64,000 nt of DNA from Vicinamibacterales bacterium (GTDB taxonomy: Bacteria > Acidobacteriota > Vicinamibacteria > Vicinamibacterales > UBA2999): positions 12,586 through 76,585 of the forward strand of contig JBFWXO010000010.1 of NCBI GenBank assembly GCA_050187355.1, given 5' to 3'. Below the pieces are notes generated by a model. The model was given only the letters and a program-made list of their open reading frames with translations. It had not been told where the DNA came from and searched no databases. Below, piece after piece: positions 7,156 to 15,783 of the stretch. Positions within the stretch are counted from its first letter, which is position 1, and each line of letters begins with the position of its first letter. Made by a program: the position numbers and the translations under genes.

Positions 7156-8115
7156 TCACGTTTGCGGCAACTCCGAGCCGGTGAGCGCGCTGTAGGTCAG
7201 GCGCTTGCCGAGGATGCCCGACAGACCGAGCTTGAAACGCTCGGCGTCGGTGGTCTTCCGCTCGTTGAATCGGAACGCCTGTTCATCGAGGTAGCGGAAC
7301 AGGTGGAACGGCTCCACGCTGATGTAGGTACCGCCGAGAGTCCGCTTGAGCATCGACCAGTAGGACTCAAGACCGTTGGTGTGAACCTGCCCGTCAACGT
7401 AGTTCTGCGCGTGGTCGACGACCTGATGCTCGAAGTCGTGCTTGAGCACGTCATAGGAGTGCAGGGCGTCGGTGTAGACGTTCGAGCCAGCGGCGACGTG
7501 GCGGTCAACGTGGGGCAGCAGGTCGCGGCGCTTGTTGCCAGCCACCACCACGGTGCGGACGCGCGACGCCTTGCCCTTGCCGCGCTCCAGCAGGCCCATC
7601 ACGGCGGTCTTACCCTTGAAGCCGCCACGCGCCATCATGGCGCGGCGCTTCGCTGGATGGACGTTGCGAGCCTTGCCGCCGATGTAGGTTTCGTCCACTT
7701 CGACATCGCCGCCCAGCTTGCCACCATCCTCGCCCTGCAACGCAAGGCGCAGACGCGACAGCATGAACCACGCGGTCTTCTGGGTGACGCCCAGCGCGCG
7801 GGCCAGCTCGTAGCTGCTGATGCCGTTCTTGCAGTTGGTGAGCAGCCACAGCGCGGGCAGCCACTTCTCGAAGCCGATGGCCGAGTCCTCGAAGATGGTC
7901 CCGACCTTGAGCGAGAACTGCGCGCGGGCGTGGCCCTCGTAGCACTTGTAGCGGCGCTGCTTCGCCAGGTAGGCCACGCGCTCCGAACCGCAGTGCGGGC
8001 ACACCGGCTTGCCGTCCGTCCAGCGCACGGCCTCAACGGCAGCACGGCAGTTCTCGTAGTCCGAGAAATACAGGATGGCCTGCTGGAGGGTCTTGGGCTC
8101 GGCGGCGGCGTTCAT
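7156..8115 (-). CDS. IS1595-family transposase
   Basis: 319 aa. N-terminal zinc ribbon (CPHCGS...YKC), an HTH (ISSYELARALGVTQKTAWFMLSRLR), and an ISXO2-like DDE domain (VEVDETYIGGKARN...). Confidence 0.93.
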   Translation of the reverse strand: MNAAAEPKTLQQAILYFSDYENCRAAVEAVRWTDGKPVCPHCGSERVAYLAKQRRYKCYEGHARAQFSLKVGTIFEDSAIGFEKWLPALWLLTNCKNGISSYELARALGVTQKTAWFMLSRLRLALQGEDGGKLGGDVEVDETYIGGKARNVHPAKRRAMMARGGFKGKTAVMGLLERGKGKASRVRTVVVAGNKRRDLLPHVDRHVAAGSNVYTDALHSYDVLKHDFEHQVVDHAQNYVDGQVHTNGLESYWSMLKRTLGGTYISVEPFHLFRYLDEQAFRFNERKTTDAERFKLGLSGILGKRLTYSALTGSELPQT

Positions 8116-8140
8116 GAGCCAAGTCTGGCAGGAAGCTAGC

Positions 8141-8163
8141 GGTTAGTCAAGTATATTATGTCC
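8141..8163. repeat. IS right terminal inverted repeat
   Basis: GGTTAGTCAAGTATATTATGTCC, the reverse complement partner of 5608-5630. Confidence 0.85.
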
Positions 8164-8171
8164 AGAAAATT
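8164..8171. repeat. Target-site duplication (right copy), AGAAAATT
   Basis: Identical to 5600-5607. Confidence 0.8.
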
Positions 8172-8288
8172 GGCCACATGGTTCGGCGAGATGCGGGACG
8201 CGAGTCATCGGCGCCGCCCACCTCGAGCTGCCCCGGACCCCCAACCGACGCCGGCGCGACCGGGGCGGACCCGCGCTGCCCCTCGTCG

Positions 8289-9221
8289 CTACCTGCCGTA
8301 CCGGCCGACGATGTGTTCGATGCGTTCCGCCAGTCCTGCCTTCAGCTCGCGTTGCGTCTCCCAGAACAGCGTGGGCAGGTCCTTCAGATCGAACGGCAGC
8401 TCCGTGCCCTTCCTGGCGATGAGGATGACGTCCTTGCCGAGCCCCTTGGCGTAGCCGACCTCGTAGAACACATTCGAGCTCAGCTCGGTGACGTCCGCGA
8501 TGACGAAGGCGCTGTTCCGAATGCCCCGCAGGATGCGCGGAAGAATCGGTTCCGACGACGCCGACTCGTCGGTGCGCTCGGCGTCGAAGTGGTACGTCTG
8601 GCACGCGTCCTTGCAGGAATCGAACACGTCGATGAACTCGGGCTTGAACGACATGATCGTGAAGACGCTTCGCGGCAGGACCAGCCGCTCGGCCAGGCGC
8701 ACCACCTGACTGGCGTAGTCGGTCATGTCGTCGGTGATGACGTTGAGCGTTTCATAGTCGTCACCGTCGTCGGCGTTGACCTCCCTGAGCCGCACCTGCT
8801 CCCGGGCGTAGATCTTCTGCGCGGCTCCCCCGAATCGTGGAATGCCGAGAATGCGCTTCCTCGCGAGCTGGGCCCAGTTCTTGGCCCAGAAAGTGCCTTC
8901 ACCCCCCGCCACGAGGATCACCGCGTCGGCCTGGTCGATCTGCTCGGGAACGACCAGGTCGGCGTGGTTCATGCCCCAGTCCGACAGCGCGGAGCGACGG
9001 ACGGTGCCCACGGAGTGGGCCGGCGTGTCGGTCTCGAGGCAGTAGCTGACGATCCGGTCCTTCGGACTTCCCGCGTTGCCCTTCAGCCACCCTTCCGCGG
9101 CGGTGGCGATCTCCCGGTCGACCGATCCCCTGCACCCGGTCAGCAGGACATGGCCTCGCGAGGCAATCGCCGTCCCCAGCGCGGCGACGAACTCCCGGCA
9201 CAACTCTGGATCTCGCGGCAC
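8289..9221 (-). CDS. SLOG (LOG/DprA-like Rossmann) domain fused to DNPH1/nucleoside 2-deoxyribosyltransferase-like domain; N-terminus disrupted
   Basis: N-terminal half: HVLLTGCRGSVD, DAVILVAGGEGT and ILGIPRFGGAA, which is the SLOG/LOG glycine-rich layout. C-terminal half: SVFTIMSF...FVIADVTELSSNVFYEVGYAKGLGKDVILI, matching the G-x-x-Y-E-[LV]-G-x-A nucleophile motif of DNPH1/Rcl and NDT-like domains. The first beta strand (MKIYVGG) with a GGAG RBS is encoded from ATG 9252 in another frame. G+C is lower than in the otsA neighbour. Confidence 0.6.
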   Translation of the reverse strand: MPRDPELCREFVAALGTAIASRGHVLLTGCRGSVDREIATAAEGWLKGNAGSPKDRIVSYCLETDTPAHSVGTVRRSALSDWGMNHADLVVPEQIDQADAVILVAGGEGTFWAKNWAQLARKRILGIPRFGGAAQKIYAREQVRLREVNADDGDDYETLNVITDDMTDYASQVVRLAERLVLPRSVFTIMSFKPEFIDVFDSCKDACQTYHFDAERTDESASSEPILPRILRGIRNSAFVIADVTELSSNVFYEVGYAKGLGKDVILIARKGTELPFDLKDLPTLFWETQRELKAGLAERIEHIVGRYGR

Positions 9222-9231
9222 GTCGCAAAGA

Positions 9232-9237
9232 CCCCCC
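9232..9237. repeat. C6 (G6 on coding strand) homopolymer at the frameshift point of the SLOG-NDT gene
   Basis: Read directly: ATG AAG ATT TAC GTC GGGGGG TCT.... With five G the ATG-9252 frame runs straight into the 310-aa ORF. Confidence 0.9.
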
Positions 9238-9416
9238 GACGTAAATCTTCATGGTGCTCGTTCTCCAAGCCGGAGCGCCTGGCCAGGGCATGGAAGGCCA
9301 CGCGCCTCTGGCAGACCCACGCGTACGGGAGTCTAATCCCGGTGCGGTCGGGCCGGAGGGGATCACGGCGGGCGCCGTGCTTCGATCGCCGTCGACCGGA
9401 ACGGGGCGGCGGAGGC

Positions 9417-11630
9417 TCAGGCCGCAGGCGTCGCGCGGTCGTCGTCGGTGACGAACGATCGCAGGGCGGTCCTGACCGCGGCGGGGCTGCGCACCGAGAA
9501 GCGGGCGTGCTCGCTCGGCGTACCGACGGCCACGGTGACGACGCTGGCCGGCAGGGCGCGGAAGAGGTCGTCGTCGGTCCGGTCGTCGCCGAAGGCCAGG
9601 ACCGCGGTGTCCGGCGTGACCACGCTGGACACGTGGCGGCCCACCACGGCCTTGCTGACGCCGCGCAGGCGCACCTCGATCACCTTCTTGCCCTCGAGCA
9701 CCTCGAATGGCTGGTTGCTGAGGGCGTCGCCGAGCAGCATGCGCAGTTCGTGCGCCTGCCGGGGGCCGAATTCGCGGTGCGCGCGCCGGTAGTGCCAGGC
9801 GATCGACGCGCTCTTCCGCTCGACGAACGCGCCCGGCGTCGCCTCGGCGAACTGCGTGAAGATCGGCACGAGGCGCTCGAGCCACGCCGGATCGAGGTCG
9901 GACGTGGGCTGCCATTGGCCCGATCCGACCGGGCGCCACCAGAAGCCGTGCTCGGCCCACAGCGAGACCGGCAGTGCGCCGAGCCACGACTCGAGCGTGT
10001 CGCGCGGCCGGCCGCTCACGATCTCGATGTCCGTCCCGGGCCGGCCGCCGAGGTCCCGCAGCAGATCCACCAGCTCGTCGTCGGGCGCCGCCAGTCCGGG
10101 TGAGCGGGCGAACGGGACGAGCGTGCCGTCGTAGTCGAGGAGCAGCCGGAGCGACGGCGCCCGGCGGGCCTCCTCGAGCGCCGTGGACAGGCTGGGCCCC
10201 GGGGCCGCCGCCGGCCGTGGCAGCACGGCCGGGCGCACCTGGCCCATCGCCTCCATGAAGGCGCCGGCCCAGGCGTGAACGTCGTGGCTGGCCACGCGCT
10301 GCCGCATCTTGGCCATGCGCGACCGCCGCTCGGCGTCCGGCATCGTCAGGGCGCGCCTGATGGCCTCGGCCACTCCTTCCACGTCGTACGGGTTCACCAC
10401 CAGGGCGCCGTCCAGCTCCGCGGCCGCGCCAGCGAACTCGCTCAGGATGAGGACGCCCTCGCCGTCGACGCGCGAGGCCACGAACTCCTTCGCCACCAGG
10501 TTCATGCCGTCGCGCAAGGGCGTGACGAGCATGACGTCCGCCGCGCGGTACAGCGCCGAGAGCTGTTCGGGGGCGACCGACTGGTGCAGGTAGTGCACGG
10601 GCGCGGACCGCGGCGTCCCGAAGCGCCCGTTGATGCGGCCCACGGCCTCCTCGACCTGCGGCCGGAAGCGGCGATAGGCGTCCACATCGCCGCGGGAGGG
10701 CACGGCCACCTGGAGGTAGCGCAGGTCGTCGCGGAGGTGGGAATCCTGTTCGAGCACACGCTCGATCGCCTGGAGGCGCCGGGGAATGCCCTTGGTGTAG
10801 TCCAGGCGATCCACGCCGAGCACCAGGTGGCGTTCGCCCACGTCCTGCCGGATCTGCTCGACGTTGGCCGCCACCCGCTCGGAGCGCGCGAGCCCGTCGA
10901 ACCGGCCGGCGTCGATACCCATCGGGAACACGCCCAGTCGCGCCTCGCGCGCGCCGAGACGCACGCGGAACACGTCGGCCTCGACGCCGTCCACGTGGAG
11001 CAGCGATGCCAGGAAGTGCCGGAGGTAGGCGAAGGTGTGGAAGCCGATCAGGTCCGCGCCCAGCAGGCCGTGCAGGATCTGGCGGCGCCACGGCAGGATG
11101 CGGAACACCTCCGAGGACGGAAACGGCACGTGCAGGAAGAACCCGATCGTGGCCTTGGGCAGGCGCTCGCGCAGCATCGCCGGCAGCAGCATCAGCTGGT
11201 AGTCGTGCACCCAGATGAGGTCGCCCGAGCGGTAGTGATAGGCCACCACGTCCGCGAACGCCTCGTTCACCTGGCGGTACGCCTCCCAGCCCGTGGCGTC
11301 CACCGGCACGCGGTCGATCAGGTAGTGCAGGAGCGGCCACAGCACGCGGTTGGCGAAGCCGTGGTAGTGCCGCTTCACCTGGTCGCCCGACAGGTAGACG
11401 GGCACGATCGCGCGTTCCTCGAGCATCTGCGACAGCCCGGCCAGCTGCTCGGCCGAGTACGACGAGACGTCGCCGGGCCACCCGATCCAGAGCCCCTGGG
11501 AGCCGGCGTGCCACGGGCCGAGCCCGGTGGCGAGTCCGCCGCTGGAGGCGACGACACGTACGCCGTCGCCGTGCCGCTGGGCGGTCACGGGCAACCGGTT
11601 CGACACGATCAGGAGCCGCCCCGACGTCAT
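9417..11630 (-). CDS. otsA: Bifunctional trehalose-6-phosphate synthase / trehalose-6-phosphate phosphatase (OtsA-OtsB fusion)
   Basis: 737 aa. The GT20 N-terminus ([10 protein letters not shown]...[18 protein letters not shown]) is followed by a HAD-type trehalose phosphatase C-terminus ([11 protein letters not shown]...[12 protein letters not shown]). Confidence 0.92.
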   Translation of the reverse strand: MTSGRLLIVSNRLPVTAQRHGDGVRVVASSGGLATGLGPWHAGSQGLWIGWPGDVSSYSAEQLAGLSQMLEERAIVPVYLSGDQVKRHYHGFANRVLWPLLHYLIDRVPVDATGWEAYRQVNEAFADVVAYHYRSGDLIWVHDYQLMLLPAMLRERLPKATIGFFLHVPFPSSEVFRILPWRRQILHGLLGADLIGFHTFAYLRHFLASLLHVDGVEADVFRVRLGAREARLGVFPMGIDAGRFDGLARSERVAANVEQIRQDVGERHLVLGVDRLDYTKGIPRRLQAIERVLEQDSHLRDDLRYLQVAVPSRGDVDAYRRFRPQVEEAVGRINGRFGTPRSAPVHYLHQSVAPEQLSALYRAADVMLVTPLRDGMNLVAKEFVASRVDGEGVLILSEFAGAAAELDGALVVNPYDVEGVAEAIRRALTMPDAERRSRMAKMRQRVASHDVHAWAGAFMEAMGQVRPAVLPRPAAAPGPSLSTALEEARRAPSLRLLLDYDGTLVPFARSPGLAAPDDELVDLLRDLGGRPGTDIEIVSGRPRDTLESWLGALPVSLWAEHGFWWRPVGSGQWQPTSDLDPAWLERLVPIFTQFAEATPGAFVERKSASIAWHYRRAHREFGPRQAHELRMLLGDALSNQPFEVLEGKKVIEVRLRGVSKAVVGRHVSSVVTPDTAVLAFGDDRTDDDLFRALPASVVTVAVGTPSEHARFSVRSPAAVRTALRSFVTDDDRATPAA

Positions 11631-11655
11631 CGACGCATGCTACCATCTCGTTAGT

Positions 11656-12183
11656 TTGAGCACAAACCATCGGCGTCCCCGTCATGCGCCCCTCACTCCG
11701 GAACTCGATTTCCTGCAGCTCCTGTGGGCCGTGGCCCATCGCCTCGAGACCGCGTCCAAGCGGATGCAGTCGCGCGTTGGCGTCACCGGTCCGCAGCGGC
11801 TGACGCTGCGCCTGATCGGGCTGCGCCCGGGCCTGTCCGCGGGCGAGCTCGCCGCCGCGCTGCACCTGCACCCCAGCACGCTCACCGGAGTGCTCCACCG
11901 CCTCGTCGCCCAGGGCCTGGTGGCGCGCACCGGCGATCCGGACGATGCCCGGCGGGCCGTGCTGCGCCTCACGCCGCGCGGCGCCGCCGTCAACGCGCGG
12001 CGGTCCGGCACCGTCGAGGCCGCGGTGGCCGAGACGCTCCACGCGGTGGGCGAGCGCGACCGGCGGGCCACCACCCGCATGCTCGAGTACCTCGCGGGCC
12101 GTCTCGGCGAGGCGGACGCCGAGCGGCCGGCGCCCGCGCGGCGGTCGGCCGCCCGCACGGCGCGCCCGGCGGCATCCCGATGA
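11656..12183 (+). CDS. MarR-family transcriptional regulator
   Basis: Winged-HTH pattern GPQRLTLRLIGLRPGLSAGELAAALHLHPSTLTGVLHRLVAQGLVARTGDPDDARRAVLRLTPRG. The start is uncertain: TTG at 11656 is proposed because the ATG at 11527 would overlap otsA by about 100 nt. Confidence 0.75.
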   Translation: MSTNHRRPRHAPLTPELDFLQLLWAVAHRLETASKRMQSRVGVTGPQRLTLRLIGLRPGLSAGELAAALHLHPSTLTGVLHRLVAQGLVARTGDPDDARRAVLRLTPRGAAVNARRSGTVEAAVAETLHAVGERDRRATTRMLEYLAGRLGEADAERPAPARRSAARTARPAASR

Positions 12184-12235
12184 GATCTCCCGTCCCGCCG
12201 CCGCGCACCCGCGGCGCCATCGATTCGGGGCTCGC

Positions 12236-13231
12236 GTGATCTGGCTGGAGTTCGTCGTGGTCGCCGGCCTCATCGTGGCCGGCGGCGTGCGCCTGGCGCG
12301 CTACGGCGACATCCTGGGCGAGAAGAGCGGCCTCGGCCGGACGTGGGTTGGCGCGGTGCTCCTGGCCGCCACCACGAGCCTGCCGGAGCTCTTCACCGGC
12401 TTCGGCGCCACGGTGCTCCACGACCTGCCCGACATCGCCGTGGGCGACGTGCTGGGGAGCTGCATGTTCAACCTGTTCATCCTGTCGTTCATGGACGCGG
12501 TGCATCCCGAGCCGCTCAGCACCCGCGCGCACCAGGGGCACGCCCTGTCGATCGGCTTCGGCGCGCTCGTGGTGGCCGTCGCCGGCATCGGGATCGTGGT
12601 GGGCGTCCGGACGCCCACCGCCGCCGGGATCGGCATCTGGTCGGCGGCGCTCGTCGCGCTCTACTTCGTGGGGATGCGCGTCATCTTCGCGCACGAGAAG
12701 CGCCGCATCCACCGCGAGGCGCAGGAGGTGGCCGAGGAGCTGCACTACGCCGACGTGGCGACGCGCAGCGCCGTCCTGCACTACGCCGGCGCCGCGCTGG
12801 TCGTGGTCGGCGCGTCGCTGGCGCTCCCCGGCCTCGCCGGCGACCTGGCGGAGCAGACCGGCCTCGGCACGGCGTTCGTCGGCAGCCTGTTCGTGGCCAT
12901 CACGACCTCGCTGCCGGAAATCGTGGTGTCGATCTCGGCGGTGCGGATCGGCGCCATCGATCTCGGCGTCGGCAACGTGCTGGGCAGCAACCTGTTCAAC
13001 ATGCTGATCCTCGGCCTCGACGACGTCTTCTATCGCGGCGGCTACCTGCTGGCCGACGCCACGCCCGGCCACGCGGTGTCGGTCCTGGCCGTGATCGCCA
13101 TGTACGCCCTGTTCCTCATCGGCCTGACCTACCGCGTGATGACGAAGCGATTCGCGGTGGCGTGGGATACGAGCGCCATCGCCGCCGTGTACGTCCTGGC
13201 CGTGGGCCTCGTCTACGCGCTCGGCGGCTAG
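12236..13231 (+). CDS. Sodium/calcium exchanger (CaCA, YrbG-like) membrane protein
   Basis: GTG at 12236. Both alpha-repeat signatures are present: ATTSLPELFTG... and ITTSLPEIVVSISA...GNVLGSNLFN. Confidence 0.85.
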   Translation: MIWLEFVVVAGLIVAGGVRLARYGDILGEKSGLGRTWVGAVLLAATTSLPELFTGFGATVLHDLPDIAVGDVLGSCMFNLFILSFMDAVHPEPLSTRAHQGHALSIGFGALVVAVAGIGIVVGVRTPTAAGIGIWSAALVALYFVGMRVIFAHEKRRIHREAQEVAEELHYADVATRSAVLHYAGAALVVVGASLALPGLAGDLAEQTGLGTAFVGSLFVAITTSLPEIVVSISAVRIGAIDLGVGNVLGSNLFNMLILGLDDVFYRGGYLLADATPGHAVSVLAVIAMYALFLIGLTYRVMTKRFAVAWDTSAIAAVYVLAVGLVYALGG

Positions 13232-13782
13232 GCTCGCCGCGGCGGCGGCGGCCCGGTTTCCACCTCGTCGCGCAGGATCGCGTAGAGCAGCTGGTCGGTG
13301 ACGCGGCCGTCCTTGATGGCGGCGCGGCGCAGCCGGCCCTCGAGGCGGTAGCCGGCCTTCTCGAGCACCCGCGCCGACGCGGCGTTCCAGGCGAACGGCA
13401 GCGCATACAGGCGCTCGAGGTCCGCGTGCTGCCTGAACGCGTGCCGCGTCACGGCGCCGACGGCCGCCGTCGCGATGCCCCGATTCCAGTACGCGGCCCC
13501 GAGCCAGTAGCCGAGCTCGGCCGACACGCGCTCGACGTCCGCGTGCCGCTCGAAGCCGATGCCGCCCACGGCCGCGCCGTCCACGACGATGGCGAACACG
13601 GTCGGCGGCGATTGCCGCCCGGCGGCCGCGATGAAGGTCTCGGCGTCGCCGAGGCCGTAGGGATGCGGAAAGCGGTCGCGGAGGTTGAGCCAGACGCGGC
13701 GATCGTCGGCGTGGCGGGCGAGCGACGGCGCGTCGGCCGCCAGGAACGGGCGCACGGTCCCGACGGGCAGCGTGAGTTCCAT
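13228..13782 (-). CDS. GNAT-family N-acetyltransferase (RimJ/RimL-like)
   Basis: AELGYWLGAAYWNRGIATAAV...ASARVLEKAGYRLEGRLR is the typical Acetyltransf_3 core. Confidence 0.85.
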   Translation of the reverse strand: MELTLPVGTVRPFLAADAPSLARHADDRRVWLNLRDRFPHPYGLGDAETFIAAAGRQSPPTVFAIVVDGAAVGGIGFERHADVERVSAELGYWLGAAYWNRGIATAAVGAVTRHAFRQHADLERLYALPFAWNAASARVLEKAGYRLEGRLRRAAIKDGRVTDQLLYAILRDEVETGPPPPRRA

Positions 13783-13816
13783 CGCGTCGCCTCCTTCGCC
13801 TGGTCGGCGCCGCTGT

Positions 13817-14212
13817 CTAGCCGCGCCGCTGGTAGAGCTGAATCAGGTTGCCGCAGGTATCGGCGAAGACCGCGATCGTGACCGGGCCGGCGTCGGTGGG
13901 CGGCTGGGTGAAGGCCACGCCGAGCCCCGTCAGCCGGCGCCATTCCGCCTGGATGTCGTCCACCTCGAACGCCGTGAGGGGGATGCCCTGGGCGAACATC
14001 GCCTCCCGGAACGTCCGGGCCGCCGGGTTGGCGTTCGGCTCGAGCGTGAGCTCGACCCCCGGCGCGCCGGCCGGCGACGTGACGGTGATCCACCGGTACT
14101 CGCCCACGGGGATGTCGTGGTGCTTCTCGAACCCGAGCACGTTCGTATAGAAGTCCAGCGCCTTCTGCTGGTCGTCCACCATCAGACTCGTCAACGCGAT
14201 TCGCAGGGCCAT
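13817..14212 (-). CDS. VOC / glyoxalase-bleomycin resistance family protein
   Basis: 131 aa. MALRIALTSLMVDDQQKALDFYTNVLGFEKHHD...YRWITV is the typical VOC beta-alpha-beta-beta-beta module. Confidence 0.85.
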   Translation of the reverse strand: MALRIALTSLMVDDQQKALDFYTNVLGFEKHHDIPVGEYRWITVTSPAGAPGVELTLEPNANPAARTFREAMFAQGIPLTAFEVDDIQAEWRRLTGLGVAFTQPPTDAGPVTIAVFADTCGNLIQLYQRRG

Positions 14213-14700
14213 CGATGTCGTGTGCCTCCGGGCCGCACTGTGCCATTGGACGGGGCCGGCGCGCTTCTCGAAAACTGCGGCCACGCCGGCAGCGCCGCCA
14301 TGAGCGACAGGCACCCGGGGTGCCGCGCGGCCGGCGGCCGGCCCGGGACGGCGACGACCGCCCGCGCCCGGCGCCGGTAGGCCGAGGGCGACTCGCCGAA
14401 CGCGCGGCTGAAGAGGCTGCTGAAGCTGCCGAGGCTCGAGAAGCCCACGTCCAGGCAGACGTCGGTCACGGTGCCGCCCGCCGCCAGGCCGTCCTTCGCG
14501 CGCTGCAGCCGGGTGCGGACGCGGTACTGGTGCGGGGTGGCGCCGAACACCGCGTCGAAGCGCCGGATGAAGTGGAACGGCGACATCCCGACCGCCGCCG
14601 CGACCGCGTCGACGGTGAGGCCGTGGCAGGAGCCGTCGCACAGCAGGTCGCGCGCGGCCGCGAGGCGGCGAAGGCCCTCGGGAGAAACGTGCATCGGCAA
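14191..14700 (-). CDS. AraC-family HTH protein (DNA-binding domain only)
   Basis: Two AraC HTH motifs (LTVDAVAAAVGMSPFHFIRRFDAVFGATPHQY; VTDVCLDVGFSSLGSFSSLFSRAFGESPSAYRR). The tail looks non-protein-like and overlaps the VOC gene by 22 nt. Confidence 0.75.
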   Translation of the reverse strand: MPMHVSPEGLRRLAAARDLLCDGSCHGLTVDAVAAAVGMSPFHFIRRFDAVFGATPHQYRVRTRLQRAKDGLAAGGTVTDVCLDVGFSSLGSFSSLFSRAFGESPSAYRRRARAVVAVPGRPPAARHPGCLSLMAALPAWPQFSRSAPAPSNGTVRPGGTRHRWPCESR

Positions 14701-14742
14701 CAGTATGCCCGGTGGCCGTCCCGAAGGCGATCGCGCCCCGCC

Positions 14743-15762
14743 TTAGAGGATGATCGGCGGGGGCTTGCAGCCGTCCACCAGCGGGTGGACGACCCAGCCG
14801 TTCGCGGGGTCGTCCCCGCTCCCGCCGTCCACCGCGTCGTCGGCGTCCTTGATGCCGGCGCACCAGCGCTGCACGAACGCCGTGATGCCGGCGTCGGTGT
14901 CGAACGGCGGCGGCCACGTCACCGGCGGATCGTGGATGACGTCCATCTTGGGCAGCGGGAGCCGTCCGACGACCTCGCACGCGAGCACCGGGTGCATCTC
15001 GTTCCAGCCGTGGTGCAGCGAGTCGTAGACCCACGTCCCCTTCACGGCCACGATGTCGCCTTTCCCGATGATGAGCCGCGGATCCACGTCGAGCGGGTTG
15101 CCGGCGCCCTGCAGCGCGGGCGGGGCCGTCACCACGTCCACGATGTTCACGAGGGTGAGGAACACCGCCAGCAGGATCAGGATCGCGCGCAGGACGTCCG
15201 GCACGAAGAGCGCCGCGATCAGCAGGGCGAGGATCACCTTCGCCCACTTGAGGAGCTCGGCGATGCCGTCGCCCTCGAACTCCGAGTGCAGCGACGTCAC
15301 GTACTGCTTGTGCCCTTCGTCCTGGACGTAGGCGCGGCCGATCGCGAGGACGTCGGGGTGCTCGGCCACGATGTGCCCCTGGACGCTCGTCCAGTACTTC
15401 TGCGTCGGCTCGGCGTAGGTGACGGGACTGCCCGCGAGCAGCACGTTCATGCTGAAGTCGTTGTCGCCGCCCTTCTCGACCGGATCGGCGGGCCCGAGCC
15501 CGGTGATGACGCCCACGACGCACTGGTCGTGCCCCAGGCAGATCAGGCGGCCGTGCAGCCACCAGTCGAGGTAGACGACCGCGGAGGCGAAGAACGCGAT
15601 CGCGTAGAGCAGGGCCGGCCCGCCGAGGAGGACCACGGCAATCCAGGCCAGGAACTCGCCGGAGAGCAGCATCAGGAAGATGTTGCGGAAGCCGATGGCC
15701 GTGAACGACAGGTCCACGTAGTCCGACGCGCTGGTGCACGAGGTGTAGTGCTTGGCGGCCAT
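14743..15762 (-). CDS. Uncharacterised 4-TM membrane protein with two soluble domains
   Basis: 339 aa with a strong RBS (GAAGGAG, 8 nt upstream). It starts 21 nt after the upstream gene. Two hydrophobic helix pairs flank a ~100-aa domain. The C-terminal domain carries GTWVYDSLHHGWNEMHPV. No family was recognised. Confidence 0.7.
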   Translation of the reverse strand: MAAKHYTSCTSASDYVDLSFTAIGFRNIFLMLLSGEFLAWIAVVLLGGPALLYAIAFFASAVVYLDWWLHGRLICLGHDQCVVGVITGLGPADPVEKGGDNDFSMNVLLAGSPVTYAEPTQKYWTSVQGHIVAEHPDVLAIGRAYVQDEGHKQYVTSLHSEFEGDGIAELLKWAKVILALLIAALFVPDVLRAILILLAVFLTLVNIVDVVTAPPALQGAGNPLDVDPRLIIGKGDIVAVKGTWVYDSLHHGWNEMHPVLACEVVGRLPLPKMDVIHDPPVTWPPPFDTDAGITAFVQRWCAGIKDADDAVDGGSGDDPANGWVVHPLVDGCKPPPIIL

Positions 15763-15783
15763 GGAGGCGCTCCTTCGCGGCCC

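Larger units (their letters stand above)
5608..8163 (-). mobile_element. IS1595-family insertion sequence (2556 bp) carrying three passenger genes
   Basis: 23-bp terminal inverted repeats, an 8-bp direct repeat AGAAAATT on both flanks, and an IS1595/ISXO2-type transposase 48 bp inside the right end. G+C is visibly lower than in the flanking DNA. Confidence 0.85.

Noticed and set aside
8289-9252. Calling the SLOG-containing gene a Thoeris (ThsA-like) or CBASS component
   Set aside because: No TIR (ThsB), SIR2 or CD-NTase gene, nor any other signal-producing gene, is present in the neighbourhood. The effector half is NDT/DNPH1-like, not SIR2 or a TM domain. Only the generic sensor-effector analogy is retained.
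8899-12273. 1124-aa minus-strand ORF spanning otsA and the MarR region
   Set aside because: It is an alternative frame of the OtsA-OtsB gene with low-complexity Arg/Pro/Gly composition. Only its extreme 3' end (MKIYVGGSL...) is meaningful, because it is the displaced N-terminus of the SLOG-NDT gene.
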